This document shows, one piece after another, positions 36,269 through 50,999 of a stretch of 64,000 bases of DNA. Position 1 is the first letter of the stretch; each line of letters starts with the position of its first letter. The DNA lies in assembly GCF_018350175.1 (NCBI RefSeq), contig NC_058368.1, forward strand, positions 125,428,001 to 125,492,000, written 5' to 3'. Under the pieces are notes generated by a model that was not told the DNA's origin, made no database searches, and was given only the letters and a program-made list of their open reading frames with translations. Origin of the DNA: Felis catus. Taxonomy: Eukaryota. Both the position numbers and the translations under genes were made by a program.

Positions 36269-37747
36269 AATCAAGTGCTTTTCTTTCCATTGCCCTGACC
36301 TAGGCACTGTGCAAACCAAATAAAACAAGTCTGGTCTCAGACCTCTAGACACACATGATAGCCACCTCAGCTAGATTCGCTTTAGAGGATAAATAAGTAG
36401 GAAAAAGAAACATGTCAGTGATTATACAAATACAAACAGATAAAGAACATAAACAAACCCGTTAGAAACAAAATGTTCTCATAGTGAAAGGAGTAAAATT
36501 ATCCTGCCAAGTCCTGAGAGAAAATGGGGTGCTTTGGTTAGAGTGTGTCCCAATGGGAAAAACTATCCATCCTCTTTTGGTAGGTGGTAAATTTTCTTGG
36601 AGGTCATGGGCAAATTTGAATATAGGCTATTTGTGGGTGAGGCACTAATGGACAAACATCCTATCTATGAAGAAAAGAAGATCTGGTAGCATGCTGACCC
36701 CTATAAGACATGTCTATGCTAGGCAACCTCACATGTGCTGCTTTATTTAGTCCTAAACCCACCTTATGAATGAGGATCTGGAAGCTCAGAAAGGTTGTTT
36801 TAGATATTATGTAGCTGGTACATGGTAGATCTAGGTTCTAAATTGGGTGTTTCTGACTCTAAAGTTCATATTCTCACTATGCTATGTATCACTAGACTTT
36901 GGGAGGATAAGTTGAGACATAAGAATAAAACATGTTGGAAAGGAAGAAGAGAAAGACACAACCAGGAGAGTTGAGTGATCCCAGCGAAGTGGTATAGTTT
37001 GAGGGTGTCTTGGGAATTTTGAGATATGTGGTTTTGTAGCCTAGCTTCTCATCTGTAGGTGATAAGAGAGCCAGAGCTGAAGGCTCTGAAGGTGGAGGTA
37101 CATTAGAATCCAATAAAACATGAGATTTTATCTGGGCGGCTGAGAGGTTAGTGGTGGTGCTTTGAGGGCAGGTGGTAATAACATGTGATGATGGTTAGAG
37201 TGTCCTTTCTACTCCCAAATCTGCTTATCAAACTTGGACCTAGCCTCAGCATCTATCTTGAGTATCACTTTTTCCATGGAGCTTTTCTGGATTCCACCAA
37301 ACCGGTGCCTTGGCTCATTTCTCTGATACCCATTGCTTCTCTAATCCTTCAGGGACTTAGCACATTCAGCTTCATTTCCCTGTTATTTTTGTACATGCCA
37401 TGTCCATCTAACTAGTAATCTCCTCTAGGGCAATGACACCTAGGGAATGGTACAAATAAAGTTTTTGGAACCTAATAGAAGAAGCAGTGGGTTGAGTAAT
37501 AGGGAAGTGGTGATAATGTGAACCAAAGGCCATAGTTCTTGTCAGAGAAGACGAATGTACTGGCTCTACCATGACTGTAGACATTTGAGTTTATTTTTGG
37601 CCTCAAATATTCCTTTTCCATCCCTCCTGGAGCCCTTCTAAGCCTAGTGGGATAGTACTGCTTATTCTCTTTTGTACCCATAGGGGGTATGAGGGAGAAG
37701 AAGGGGAAAAAAAATCTCACTCATTAAGTACTTAAACCAGAAACTTC

Positions 37748-37902
37748 TTTTTTAAAAAGAATTTATTTTTTTTTAGAAAGAGCATGGAGCATCTGTCAGC
37801 ATGGAATCTGATGTGGGGCTTGATCCCATGAACTGTGAGATCATGACCTAAGCCGAAAGCAAGAATTGCACGCTTAACCAACTGCGCCACCCAGGTGACC
37901 CC
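37748..37902 (-). mobile_element. Short Can-SINE
   Basis: GTGGGGCTTGATCCCATGAACTGTGAGATCATGACC...GCCACCCAGGTGACCCC. TSD CAGAAA(C/T)TT. Confidence 0.87.
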
Positions 37903-38659
37903 AGAAATTTAATTATAGGATTTTCTTGATTATAAGATGGCTTTGATTTTAGAACAGTATTTTGGGGAAAAAATTAAAAATTACTGCATGTTTCATAAAT
38001 ACATCAAGTGTAAGATCCATTTTGATTTTGGTAAAGGAATCTGGGAATGAAATGTGAAGCTTAGTGGCACCATCCCCTGGCTTCTCTAAAGTCCACCTAG
38101 AGGTAAAACCAAACACTTCTTTGAGCCCCCCCCCCCCCCCCCCCAAGAATCCATGTGGGCCAGCAGTATAGACATTTCGGAAAATTTCACAGGAGAGATG
38201 GGAAAGGAGATTTATATTGCTCGCCTACAGCAAAGAGCTTACTAATGCTCATTGGGTACATTCCTTCTTCCCCAAAGCCCTGTCTCAAGCACTACAATGG
38301 GTCTTTTGATTTCTCTTTTCTTTTAGTTGCATCCATCCTGAATGTGCATGCTTCTCCCTTTCCCAATTCCTTTCTCCAGCCCTTAAATGTAAACTCCTTA
38401 TTCTTTTTTTATGCAGAATAGTTAAACTTTGTCTTGTCTACACCGAAGGTCTCTACTTACCAGCTGTCACCCTCTTTTGAAGTCAGTTTAGCAAATACTT
38501 TAAATGACTTGAGCATACCCTTTGGGATCTCACTCTAACCTCTGATTTTCTTAATCTTTTTATTTCTTAAAAAGTAATGAAATGACTACATGACACCTAG
38601 TGAGTGATTTTTTTTTTTTTTTGTCATCCAGCTAAATATATCACCCAATGTACTCTCTA

Positions 38660-38815
38660 TGTATCTATGCTCTAAAGTAGGTGTTATTATCCTCAGTTTC
38701 CAGACAGAGAACAAGTGCACAAAGAGAAAGCAACTTCCTAAATTACAAAGAGTGGCAGAGTCAGGATTTGAATTCATGTTGGTCCAACTCTGAAGCCTGT
38801 GCCATTTTCAGCATA
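38660..38815 (-). mobile_element. MIR relic
   Basis: GTAGGTGTTATTATCCTCAGTTTCCAGA...AGTGGCAGAGTCAGGATTTGAATTC. Confidence 0.75.
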
Positions 38816-41714
38816 TGGAAGTGCTCTGTAGCAGTCATCTCTGCTCCTGCCAGTCTCTGTATGTGAAACCTCCTCATTTCCCAGGAAGGAGCAAACTCTC
38901 AGCCATTGTGTCAGGTGGCAAACAAAAAACTCAAAATCTACTGGACCCAGAAAAAACTCTGTACTAGGGAATATAGGGGGATGGGTGGGGTGAGATGGAG
39001 GTGAATGGTTTTTATTTTGAACAGCTTTTTAATCTAGCCGGAGAAATGGAAATTGTTCTGAGAAAATCACGAAACTTTCCATTTATAATCCAAGGCAGTA
39101 GACGTAGGAGGGCGTGTGTGGGGCGGATAGGCTCTGTAGCATCAGGGAGACCTCCAAGAGGAGAAAGACAACCCCACCACAAAAGTTAAGTGGTTTTAGC
39201 CAATGGATCCTGCCTTCCTCTAGTCTCCTTCCTGCTAAAGAAGGGTCTGGGCTCTTCCTTTCTCTCTAAAAATGTGCTCTTGAATGAAAAAAAGGAGCCT
39301 GTGCCAGGGAGCTATATTGTACTCTTGAAGTTGAGGGATGGGAGACCGGATTTTACAGAGCACTTCAGAAACCCAATATTAAGCTGACAAAAATCATGTT
39401 GTTTAGGAAAAGAAAAGACTTTATCCCACCTTGTCTGTGTTCTCTTGACCTTTCAGAAGAGCCTGAGGGCTTTGTGGGGGCAGTGTGGAATGCTGTGCGC
39501 TGATTGTTCTAAAACTAGTTCCTGTATGCGGAGATTGATTTTTTTTTTTTTTTTTTTTTTTTAAGCTCTGGACTTGAGCTCTCTCTTTACTTCTTTGTTC
39601 CTGTGATAGATTCCTTTGCTGTGATATGCCAAGGGCATCATTTAGACGTTTGGCAATAGCAGAAGTATCCAAGTGTTTGCTTTGTCAGGTTTGGGAATGA
39701 AGCTGGGAATGGATAAAAAAGAGGAAATAGAGGTGGGTATTCAGGGCAAAGAAGATGAGGATGGGAAGAAGAAAGAGATGTGTCCCTCAGCCCCCAGCAT
39801 GGTTGAGGTGGGGAAGTTCAGACCATGTACTGTCCCCTGGCTTGCAGCTGCCATTTGAATCTGCACCCAGGGCTGCTCAGGGTGATTTCCCTCTTTGCTC
39901 CCCCCCCCCCCCCCGCCTTTTCTCCACCACATGTGCTCATTTATTTTCTTGGCTGAAGAGTTGGGGTTTTCCTGCTAACAGGATTCTTTCTGATCAGCTT
40001 TCCTACCCTTGATTATTTTCCCTTCTTGGAGTATTTCCCTAGAAAGACGTTTTATTATATCTGTTGCAGCAGGTTTTCTTAAATGAGACTCCATACTGGA
40101 AATGTCAGACAGGATGGGTTGAGACAATGGATCGTGGGTGGTCACTCTCCCTGTTGAAGGTTGGGTCTCAAGACACAGAAATTGGCAAGGATATGAGACA
40201 GTGGCAGATGAGAGTTCCTGAGGAAGCCAAGCTGTTGGCCTCCCAGGGCTTTGTCAGACATGGTTCTCCTGAAGTATTGTATGAAACAAGCCAGACCACC
40301 ACATCCTTTCTGAGATGAAGACCATGTGACATGAAAGAGCATTGGATTTGGAGAGTTTTATGGACATTCTGTTAATGTAAATCCAATTTCCTTTACCATA
40401 GAGGATGTGGTTGGAATTCTGAATCTGTTTTCTCTTGCCTTCAGATAGAATTCATTAAGTGGATATGTAGAGAAACTGTATTTTACATTCTGGAACTGAA
40501 TTTATTTGGAAGTTATTTTTTCCTCCAGCAGAGTCCTCTATGTTCAGCTCTCCTATTCTTTATACCTCCCTGGCTAGGTCTTTGTCTGTGAGCTTATTGA
40601 AGATGGCTTCTCCTGCCTGTCTGGTTCATTAACATCCCTTGAGTGATAGATTTAGTGATGATGAGGGAAAATAATGTCTTTTGATCGGCCCCTAGCATTT
40701 AAAAGCACCCAGGGCAAGAGTACAACTGGAGGTGAACATACCATATGTCCAAATATTTGAAAACTATAAACCACACTATGCCCAAAGCCTGGCCAGCTTC
40801 CTGCTTAGGACCCCGCAAGCTGTTCCTGGGATGAAAAGCTGGTGCTCTGGAAATTAAGGGAGAATGCTCCACTGGCGTCCACCCCCGTTTCCCGTGAGCC
40901 CGAGCAATAGTACAGTTCTGCTGAGGTCAGGTGAAAACTGGGTCCCTGCCCAGTAGTCCTGGCTGATCACTGGGACTGTCTGGACTCAGGATGGGAACTG
41001 TGGACCAAGTGAAGCTCCTACAGAGCTGGGATGGATGTGTTGTTCTCCACTAAGTTGCCTCCTTTTTTTTCTTGGGGTTTTCATGCAGTTTTGGCATTTC
41101 TGAAAATTCTGGAGCAGAAGACAAGAGAGGGAGGGAGTGCAGTTATTTGGGGAAATCCATCTGCCCAGACACATCTGATACATAATTTGTTGTTTCAACT
41201 TAAAAGCAAAGGCAGAGGCCATGATCCTCTTTGCTGCTCTCCCGCCATCTATCACAACCATACCACTGGGCTCTCAGTCCCGAATGAGAGCCATCTGATG
41301 GGTGGCTCATTACACTCATTCCTCCTCTTCCTTTAACTTTCCTTCACTCAACCAATTACTAAACTTTCAAAAAACTTTCTTGTAATGCTAAAAAGAAAAT
41401 AAGTCTCTGTGTTTTGCATATGTGTATGGGGTGTTCTAAAACATAAGGCCCTGACCAGAGGCCTCTTTGCCTGGTACTAAGAGAGGTGTTAGCTGCTTTG
41501 GTCCCATCACCTCACCGTAGTCTGCAGCTCTTAGTCACTGTGAGGGCCCTGGTCCAGTTCCCTTCTGTTTTTCCATTTGTGCCCAATTACTAAAAGAGTT
41601 ATGGATCTTCCTAAAATATACAGCCATTGTGGGTACAGAAAGATACTGATGATGTTTATTTTATTTTTTCTCTCTGGTTTCTGTTTACTCTGGGCGTATT
41701 TGTGACCATCATTA

Positions 41715-41915
41715 ATAAATAATATTTATTTCCTGCTTACTATGTGCCCAGAAGAGTGCCTCAGACTTGTAGGCACACAATTTCATTGAATCAGTAATCC
41801 TCTGAGATAGGTTCTACTATTAGATGTAGTTTACAGATGAGGAACCTAAGTTACAGGGAGGTTAATTTACATGTCTCAGTCCACACAGTGAGTAGTAAAT
41901 CTGACTCTTACTCTG
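41715..41915 (-). mobile_element. MIR relic
   Basis: TGCTTACTATGTGCC...GAGATAGG...TTTACAGATGAGGAACCTAAG...GGTTAATTTAC. Confidence 0.75.
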
Positions 41916-42064
41916 AGTAGAAGTCTACTCACTACCCTTCCTCACTCAGCAAGTGGTTGAAGGTAGGACCAATAAAGTGATCTGCCCTTCATGCTTGTGT
42001 TTCTGTCTTTACATGCTTCTCACAGTGTATGAGGCTTATCCATGAGAATCCAATGAAAGAAACA

Positions 42065-42483
42065 TGTGGTAAACAGAATAATGCCTCCCCTCATGATATC
42101 CATGTCCTAATCCCCAAACCATTTGAATATGTTGCCATACGTTTGTCAGATGTTATGCATATTGAGGGGGATTATCATGGATTATTCAGGTGGACCCATT
42201 GTTGTAATCTCAAGGTTTCTCAAAGTGAAAGGGGGAGCAGAAGAGACAGAGGAGGCAATATGAGGACAAAGCAGAGGTAGGAGTGATGTGATTGTTGGCT
42301 TTGAAGGCACAAGAGGACCAATGAGTACGGGCACACTCTAGAAGCCCCTAGAGTCTCTAGAAGGAACACAGCTCTGCCAAACATTTTAGATTCCTGCACT
42401 CCAGAACTGTCAGAAAATAAATGCGAGTTGGTTTAAGTCACTAAATTGGTAAGTGGTGACACCAGCAATAGGAAACTAGTACA
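42065..42483 (+). mobile_element. MaLR solo LTR (MLT1D-like)
   Basis: TGTGGTAAACAGAATAATGCCTCCCC...CCATGTCCTAATCCCC start and CAGCAATAGGAAACTAGTACA end. Confidence 0.88.
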
Positions 42484-45400
42484 ATCCCTTACTAATTTGC
42501 CATTATCACCTTCAAATTATAGCCTCAATCCCACTGCCTTTGGAATCCTTTACTTTTCTTTCTGATAAGTTCACACCATTTTCTGGGTCCCACTAAAACA
42601 CTGTGGCCTCACTTTTTTGGACTTGGATTTTGAGGAGTTCCAATATGTCATCCAGAGTTTTAGCAAAAAAGAGAGCCTCTGTCCTGTGGATGTGTCAGTG
42701 AGCCAGACAGACAGGCAATTGTACAGGGTGGCCTGAGGTGATAGGCAGGACTTTGGCTTCTGAGGAATTTCCCTTAACCGGGAAACCTGGTTTGTTGACT
42801 ATATGCGAGACTTTATGGTGAATTACTTCTTGCCACCCTAAGCTTTGAGTGGAGTCTCTATAAAGCATTTCATGTGTGCTGCAACAATGGTACAGGGTTT
42901 TGAGGGGCATTAAATGACTAAACTTGGGCCAGGGTGAGAAAGGGGAAATGGCTCCTGTGAAGCTAGAGTAGGGGAGGTAGTAGAGATTATAAACTTTCCC
43001 AGGGTTGCTCATCTTCAGGGAAGAATCCAAGTTACTTTTCCTGTGGAAAGCGTGTCTTGGCCATAAGAGTTTCAAAATGAAATTCCTTTGTGATATGAAT
43101 GTACTTTACTATAACAATCACTATTTTCTAATCCTGGGTGTGGAGATACTCAATAAAAGAAGCAGGAATTTAGGAGCTTGGTGAAACTCAGGACTGTCAA
43201 CCCCAGGAATGAGCAGAGGCAGGCTCAGTGAAGTTAGCTTCTTAACAGGTGGGTCATTGCTCTCTTTGTACCTAGTCAGGGGTTCAGTTGCCTTTAGCAC
43301 AAGGTACTGTAGCAGTTAAACAGTACATGTGTCTTTTGCTATTTCTCATCATAACCATTAGGTGTTCAATAATTGCAAAATACCTGTATGCTGAAGAATA
43401 TGCATAATCCTTTTGATCAGCTATAAAACAGCAGATTTTATTTTTTAAAATGATCTTAAAATTCTTATGAAATACCATGACCTCCTTCACAATGTGACAG
43501 TTGCCCTCTTTTAAGATTAAAGAAATGTTAGGACTAGAGAGAGCAGAGTACATCTGGTGATTATATGCTACACACCCAAACCTCACCAACTATAATGTCT
43601 ATTAAGCAAAAAGAAGAACCATTTTTTCAACATAATCACAAAGGTGGCTTAAGCCTAGAGAATAGGTTTTTTTTTTTTTACTTCATAGTAATAGTTTGGA
43701 ATTTCAGTGTTTGTGCTAAAATCAAATAGGTTTCTGTGGGTAGTCCAGTAGGTAGGACTTTATAATTCAGCAACTATCTACCAAATAGTGTTTCGTCTTC
43801 CAAAAGACAGATTGGAAAAGATTTACGTGAGGGTAGAGATTATGGAATAGGTGGTTGCTTTCAAATTGGTGGTGGTTGCGAAAATGTGATGAAAGACTGA
43901 AGATGATATTTGAGATGGAGAAAATGTCCGAGGAAAGAGAACAGAGATGGGAAAAGAAGGTAGGAAATGGACATTCCACCCAGCAGGTAATGCTGTCCGT
44001 TGGGCCCATGTTTTAGAGAAGTGCTGATATCCTGGGCACAGTGTGGCAAGAAGAAAGAAGAACTACCATATTCATTTTCTCCCATTTGCCCTCCCTTTTG
44101 CTTTTATCATAACCCATTACCTCAGTAGCTGGTTGGAAAATACAGAGTGATTCAAAATAATTGATAAATGATTTTTTTTTTTTACTCAGGAAGTAGGTTT
44201 TATATAAACAAGCAGTCAAATCAGGTTTGTGAAGAAACTTTCAGAGTTCTATCTGTAAGTTCACAGATGCCCAGTGTGTGTTCCTCATGTCATAATGCTT
44301 ATCATTCAGTCACTCCAGATCCTTTGAGGAGGTCTCTATTGATGGCTAGATAGACATACAGCCATGGGACCTTCCTTCATTTCCTCAAGGCATGAGGAAG
44401 AGTTGGTTCCAGCATGACTTCTTGACGACAAGTTAATCTATAACCTAGTAACTGAGTAGTACATCTTTCAGTGTTTAGTCTTTTGAGTTACCTGTATGAC
44501 TTCTTTGGATTAATACCTCTTTGCAGGTTACTACCTGTTTGAGTTTACTTTGTCTTTCCTGGTAGTATTCTGGTTTTGGAATAAAAAAAATCAGGAGTTA
44601 ACCTTAGGTCTTTCAATATAATGTGCAGTCATTCTAAAAGGGGTAGGAGCTAGAGACACATTTGGCACATATTGTTAAGGGAGCTGCCTAGTTGTTTACA
44701 GCTTGCATTGTGATTTAGAGCAAACTCAGAGGCTTCAGAAACAGGTCTCTTTACTTTTCTGAAATGTGTGTTTTGTATGATTAGGGATTTATTGAAATTA
44801 TAAGACTCTCTTAGGAAGCCAGATGAATGAGTCAAAGCACATTTGTATGTACTCCATATGGGAGACTCGAGAAGCCACCAAAAGTCAATTTCATTATTCA
44901 CCTTTCTATTTCTCATTTTATTATTCTAGCCATGGACATGGAATGTCTTTCTGGATTGGCCTGATGTATATATTGACTCAGAACTGAGAGACACAATGTG
45001 TCCCTTTCTGAGATTTCTAAGAAAGTATCATGATGAGATTATTCAAAGCACTTACTAAGTATAAGAAGTGAAAAGTTCCATCATAAATCCACGAGCAAAG
45101 ACTAAATTATTTTTGGAATTGTCTGTACTTAATGAATTGAAATGATCATGTTGATCTGGGTTTTTACTGAAAACTCATGAATTTTATATAATGTCAACCT
45201 ATTTTATGTAATTTTCTTGGAATTAGTTTTCCTTTTCAATTTGAAGCGCTCAATCTGTTTTGTCATTTAAATTCAAGCCTAATGATGAAGGGTTGAATTA
45301 TTTCTTAGTATTTTTAGATTTGGGTTTTTTTAGTGGGTAGTCATATTAGCCTTTCTAGAAACATTCTACATAATAATGCTCCTTTATGTTACTTGTTCTT

Positions 45401-46494
45401 TATTTCTTGAAATAAATATAGCTAAATATGTTATACCTCATTATATTAATGTTGGCAATGTATAATCAGTTAGTATAAAAGAATTAAGCAAAGAATATTG
45501 GAAATACCTCAGGTTTTCCTTTGGAAGAAGATGGATCATTTGGGTTATATCTACTCTTAAGTCTTGTTAGAGTTATATTAAGTAACTTAAACATATTTCC
45601 TGGAATGGCCTGATATTTCATCACATTTTAAAGCATGTGTTTCCTTTCTAAAGCTGTAAACCTTAATATTGCTGTGGCTGGAAATAAAAATTTCAAATGT
45701 CAAAAATTTCTCACACTGTATTTTCAAAGAGAACAGACTTTACTGATGTGAGTGGTTGATGCTTTAAAAGTTCCAAGCAAATGTTCAGTTTTAACTGAAA
45801 TTCTATTCCATCTGCCCAGTGAATCCCTGTGAAGCATGTCACCTTCACTTCACAGTCATTCTCCCTTTGGTATGGTCCTTACCTAAACACCCAGGAAATG
45901 TGCCCCACTGAATTACACACCGGATAGGAATTGCTCAGTGAAGCTGTAGGTTCTATTCCAGTGTATTTCTCAAGGGTTTGGGGGAAGGGTGCACACTCTA
46001 GGTTTTCTAGTGGAATATAATAGAGAGCATATGATTAGTCTAATCCATTATTCCTATCTTGAAGAATCTTTTGATTCCTTCCTCTGTATTACAATATGGG
46101 GATTTCTAGTATCTCAGCTTCATCTAGCAGGGTCTACAACTTAGTCCACATTTCTATCAATTACTGTGTCACACAGAGCCACTACCAACTATTAATGCTA
46201 TCATATTAAATCCACTACCCTCACTAAGAAAATTCATAAGCATAACTTCAGCCTGATGTAAAACTATGCTTTCCTTTCCTTCTGTAGGGCACTGTTTCTA
46301 TCAGATTTTTCTCTTTGCAAAGAGTAGGGCACCCTTTGTATAAAGATTTCCAAGATTTTTCTCTAAAGAGACTAGCAAAGTCCTACAGTTCCTTTTTCTT
46401 ACATGTAAACCTTGACCTGTAGATTTTGACTTCACAAGTAAGCACCCTCAATCATGTTGGCCTCTGACTCAAGGTCTAGAAATAATAAAAGTGA

Positions 46495-47010
46495 CTATAG
46501 TATGGGGCATGAGAATTGGTGCCCTTGTTGTTGTGTTTGTACCTTTCCATCTATTCTTTATCTTCTTTGTCTTGCTGTGTGCTTTCATAGGTTGAACTCT
46601 AAGGACTAAATCACCTAGCCACCCTTGACCTCTGGCTTTTTTATTGGTTTAGATCAATGGGAGGTAGAGGATTCTGGGGAGTGAAGGGGAAGAGAGTTCA
46701 GACTTTTTATTTCCTCTAATCTTTCTTCTTTTGCCTGGGACTGTATTCTTCTATAACCATAGTTCCTACTGGGTGGCCCTCTTCCTGGACAGCTCTCCCT
46801 TTTCTGCTTCTGGCCATACCTCTCCCTTTCCTTGCTCTTCTGGGCTTAGTGATAATGATGGCTTCTTGCTGGTGTTAGCATTTGTTGCCTCACCATCCTT
46901 AGTGCTTCCTTAATCCTTCCCAGTCCTCTGTAAATAGTTTTAAATTAAATTTTCTTCAGCTGAAGTCCTTTGGGTATTCTATATGCTATCTACAAGGACC
47001 CTAATGGCTA
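46495..47010 (+). mobile_element. ERVL solo LTR relic (LTR33-like)
   Basis: CCTTGACCTCTGGCTTTTTATTGGTTTAGATCAATGGGAGG and CCTTAATCCTTCCCAGTCCTCTGTAAATAGT...ATTAAA motifs resemble the recalled LTR33 consensus. Confidence 0.6.
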
Positions 47011-47504
47011 GGCTCTTCATCAGGTAAGGCTGTGTCATTCATGTTTGTGTGACCAAATGATAAAGGCCTCACTGGATGAGGAAAAGAAGTTGCTTTGATT
47101 ACAAGGAGGTGTGGCTGGATGTTTGGAGCCTCCAAGTTCTCAAATCCTAAAGGCTCTTCTGCAATTGTTGGTTAGAGTCCCACTCTTTCCCACTTTTACT
47201 CCAAATTTCACACGAAAGTCCTAGTGAGTCTATGAATTCAATCATTGGACTGTTAGGTACTTTAGTCTCATATCTCTAAGAGACAAAAGATCTTTTTTTT
47301 TTAGCTTAGTTTGTGCTTTGATATATATAGTCTTCTGAGTTTGTTATTCTTTCTTTTAAAGTGGATAGAGAGAAAAGAAGAAGCCATCCACCTATGCACA
47401 CAGAATTACTCACATCTTTTATATTGTTCCATGACAGGAAAAGCTTGGTCCCCCATGGCCTTGCCTTCAAAAAGGACTACATTTTAAGTGATCCCAGGCA
47501 ATAT

Positions 47505-47741
47505 ATTTAAAAAATTTTTTTATTATTTAAAAATATTTTTAATATTTATTTATTTTTGAGAGAGACAGAGATAGAATGCGAGTGAGTTAGGGGCAGAGAC
47601 AGGGAGACACAGAATCCAAAGCAGGCTCCAGGCTCTGAGCTGTCAGCACAGAGCCTGACGCGGGGCTTGAACTCACGAGCTGTGAGATCATGATCTGAGC
47701 CAAAGTTGAATGCTCAATCGACTGAGCCACTCAGGTGCCCC
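47505..47741 (-). mobile_element. Can-SINE
   Basis: Long TSD TTAAGTGATCCCA(G/T)G(C/A)AATAT at 47484-47504 and 47742-47762. Confidence 0.95.
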
Positions 47742-48760
47742 TTAAGTGATCCCATGAAATATTTTAATGAACTATTTAGCCACTGTTTGCCATGAGCTGC
47801 AAAGTTCCCTTTACTGAACACTAGTGGGATTTTTACTTGCCTTCTACCTGATTGGGCCAGATGACCAATCCTATTTTTACCCATTTTTTTAAGGGTCTAT
47901 GACCTGCAATTCCATTCCCTGGTATCAAAATATGTTTCAATCAACATGCTTGATTTCAAGTAAGAGAAATTGAATTTAGATAGCTTAAGCCAGGAAAGAC
48001 ATTTTTGGTAGGATGATGAGCTTATGGAATCCATTCCTGGAAAATGGATAGAAACTAGTAAAGAGTCTGGAAAATAAGAAAACTAGCTGTACTCATGCCA
48101 AAGTTGTAGCCTGGTTAGGATTTTTACCATGGGACTATGCCGTAGCCATTGATGACTTCCCTGTGTCACTGAGGCTATGAATAATTTCTCAAGAGTTTTT
48201 GCATGTTTGGGTCACTTTTTCAGGTTCCAAGTGTCCAAATCTCAGGATGGCTCTCTGATAGAGAGCTTAAGCTGTAGGTGCTGGTGAATGAGTATGATGC
48301 TGGGCCTTGCCTCCCACTAGTATTCACACCGAAGGGAATTATTGCTAAATTAAAGGATAATTTGGTTGCTGTTTACCAAAGAATCAAGATAAAAACCAAA
48401 TGAAACAATCAGTGTGTGCTGTACCCATCCTGCCTGCCTGACTTTGTGAGTGGTCAGAGTCCCTTTGTGGGGCCAGTGTTTGAAGAGCGGTCAAGTCGAC
48501 TGGCCACAGTGACTCCAAATGGAAGTATCCACTACTCAAATTGTGGATGACTTAAACATTGTGATGGTTGTCATTTATAGTGTCAACTCCTTCTCTTCCC
48601 TTCTTCCCTTTCCCTATTACACCAATTGGTCACAGAGCTTTGTTGACTCATATTTTACACTACCATAGTGATTTATAATTTTGTTTTTTATTATGTGTGT
48701 TTTTGACTGATTAGTAAAATCATTAAGAGGCATACCTAGTATCAAACCTTAATAAAGTTT

Positions 48761-48985
48761 GGGGTACCTGGGTGGCTCAGTTGGCCAAGTGTCTGACTTT
48801 GACTCAGATCATTATCTCACTGTAAGTTTGAGCCCTGTGCAGATGCTCTGTCAGGCTCTGTGCTGACAGCTCAGAGCCTGGAGCCTGCTTCAGATTCTGT
48901 GTCTCCCTCTCTCTCTGCTCCTCCCCCCATTCTACCTCTCTCTGTCTCTCAAAAATAAACAAATGTTAAAAAAATTTTAAAAAAA
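48761..48985 (+). mobile_element. Can-SINE
   Basis: GGGGTACCTGGGTGGCTCAGTTGG head, CT linker and AAAAATAAAC tail. Confidence 0.93.
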
Positions 48986-50469
48986 GTAGTACCAAGACCA
49001 GGTTAAGGGGAAGAATGGTCTTTTGTTATTTTGTTATTTCCATCTTTTTCATTGATATAATTTTCTCTGCTTCAAATTTTGTTTCCCTGAATCCATAAAA
49101 ATTTTAAAATTGTACATTTTGTATCTGTTTGCTGCAGATAATTTGTTGCATTTTGATAAGCTTGACTATTCAGCCAAGGATGTAATATTTTGATTCTCAT
49201 TAGTGACTTAATACCATTTATATAATAAATAGAGGCATGTTCTGTATTTATTCTGGCTTTTTACCAACTCATTATCTAGAAATTATAGATTTCACATATA
49301 ATGCACTACTAAATCACTCTGGTAACTGAAGACTTACCAAAAGCTGTTATTTCTGTGGAAATCTTCCTATTTATGAACCATAAACACTGTGGATTGCTGT
49401 AGAAGTTTCCAGCTTTCCCACTGGTGAACATAACTTTGTATTCATTGCTGAGGCCAGCTTTTCCTTCATTATTTAGAAATGGGAAAAATAAATGACATTG
49501 AGTTGCTACTATTTCTCAATTAAAAGAAGAGAGGATGATACTGGGGATATTCTGAGTGAGTCACAGAAAACATGTAGAAGCCATGAAGTTAAAATAGCAT
49601 ATTAGTGTCTGGCTTTTTCTGTTCACCCCAACCTATAAAATAACTAGGAAAATTTCTCTTACTTTAATAAACTCATGAAGGGGAACTGAGCAGGAACTTT
49701 AATCCCTCTTGCTCGGCCTGCGTATCTTCTCCTTTATTCACCAGGCACTGTGTCATGTGGTATGAGTATGGTTAGAAATGCCTTTCTCAATTCCAGAGAG
49801 AACAACTTGGCTTTTGACTTACATGTTGTCAAATAGCCAATTAAATAAGATTTTTATTTTTCAAGTGGTGTTAGGGTGTTGTCTAGATAAAATATCTGTC
49901 ATCATCTCTTACTGGCACATCTCTTGACTGGATTTAACTGAACCCAAAAATTATAAGGTGGTTAGGACAGCATATTTGGAATGGGATGAAAAACAAAGCA
50001 GGCCACTCATGGAGGCTCTATATTCTTTATTACTTATGGTGGTAGCCAAAAAAAAAAAAAAAATGACAGCTATAGTTCAGACAGGTCCTTTCATATTTAA
50101 AAAGGAAGTCTTAAAGTATCAATTAATTTTAATGAGCAGTCTCTCTACTGATATATACATATATATCCCTAAAGACATTCTAACTGTACTTATCAACATC
50201 TGGAAGCAGTATTAGGCAAACCACATGCTTAGTTCCTAACTTCAAAAAGCATTTTTTGAAAGGAATCTTTTGTAAATTCTGGAAGGAGGCTGTGAATAGT
50301 TACCAGAAAAGCATTTCAATATATTACAGTGTTTGAGTTATTAGGGAGTCATATGCCTAAAACTCAACTCTGGAGCAATTTGGAGTTTAGAAAAAAAAAA
50401 AAGAAAAATATCAGCAAGAATGCAAGTAGATTAGAAGAACTGAATATACTACCATGCTCACTGAAGAGA

Positions 50470-50660
50470 TTCCTTCCTTCCTTCCTTCCTTCCTTCCTTC
50501 CTTCCTTCCTTCCTTCCTTCCTTCCTTCCTTCCTTCCTCCTTCCTTGCCTCCCTCCCTCCTTCCCTCTCTCCTTCCCTCCCTCCTTTCCTCTCTCCCTCC
50601 CTCCCTCCTTTCCTCCCTCCCTCCCCCTCTCTTTCTTTCCTTCCTTCTCTCTCTCTTTTT
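50470..50660. repeat. (TTCC)n followed by a degenerate (CCCT)-rich tract
   Basis: Seen directly. It explains the ORFs between 50329 and 50700. Confidence 0.95.
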
Positions 50661-50999
50661 TCTGGGCTAAAATTGCAGCAGCTATATAGCTAGCACACAC
50701 TCTGCACTCTGACAGATGAAGCTGACTGATCCTTTGACCAACCTGAAGAATGGGAAACCTTTATTGACAAGCAAAAACTTTAATACTCCTGTTCTTTATA
50801 TTGAAAAGCATGGAAGAAGTGTATGGGAAAGGAAAAAGAAGAGAGGAAGAAAGGAAAAAGAGAAAAATATAAATCATAGAAGAAACAACACCAACAAAAG
50901 TAGCATACGCTAGCAGACAAAGAGACAAAGAGCTGAGAATAGTGTGATAAAAAATTAAGGTAGAACTGTGATGTTAATGATGCACATTGGAATCCATGA

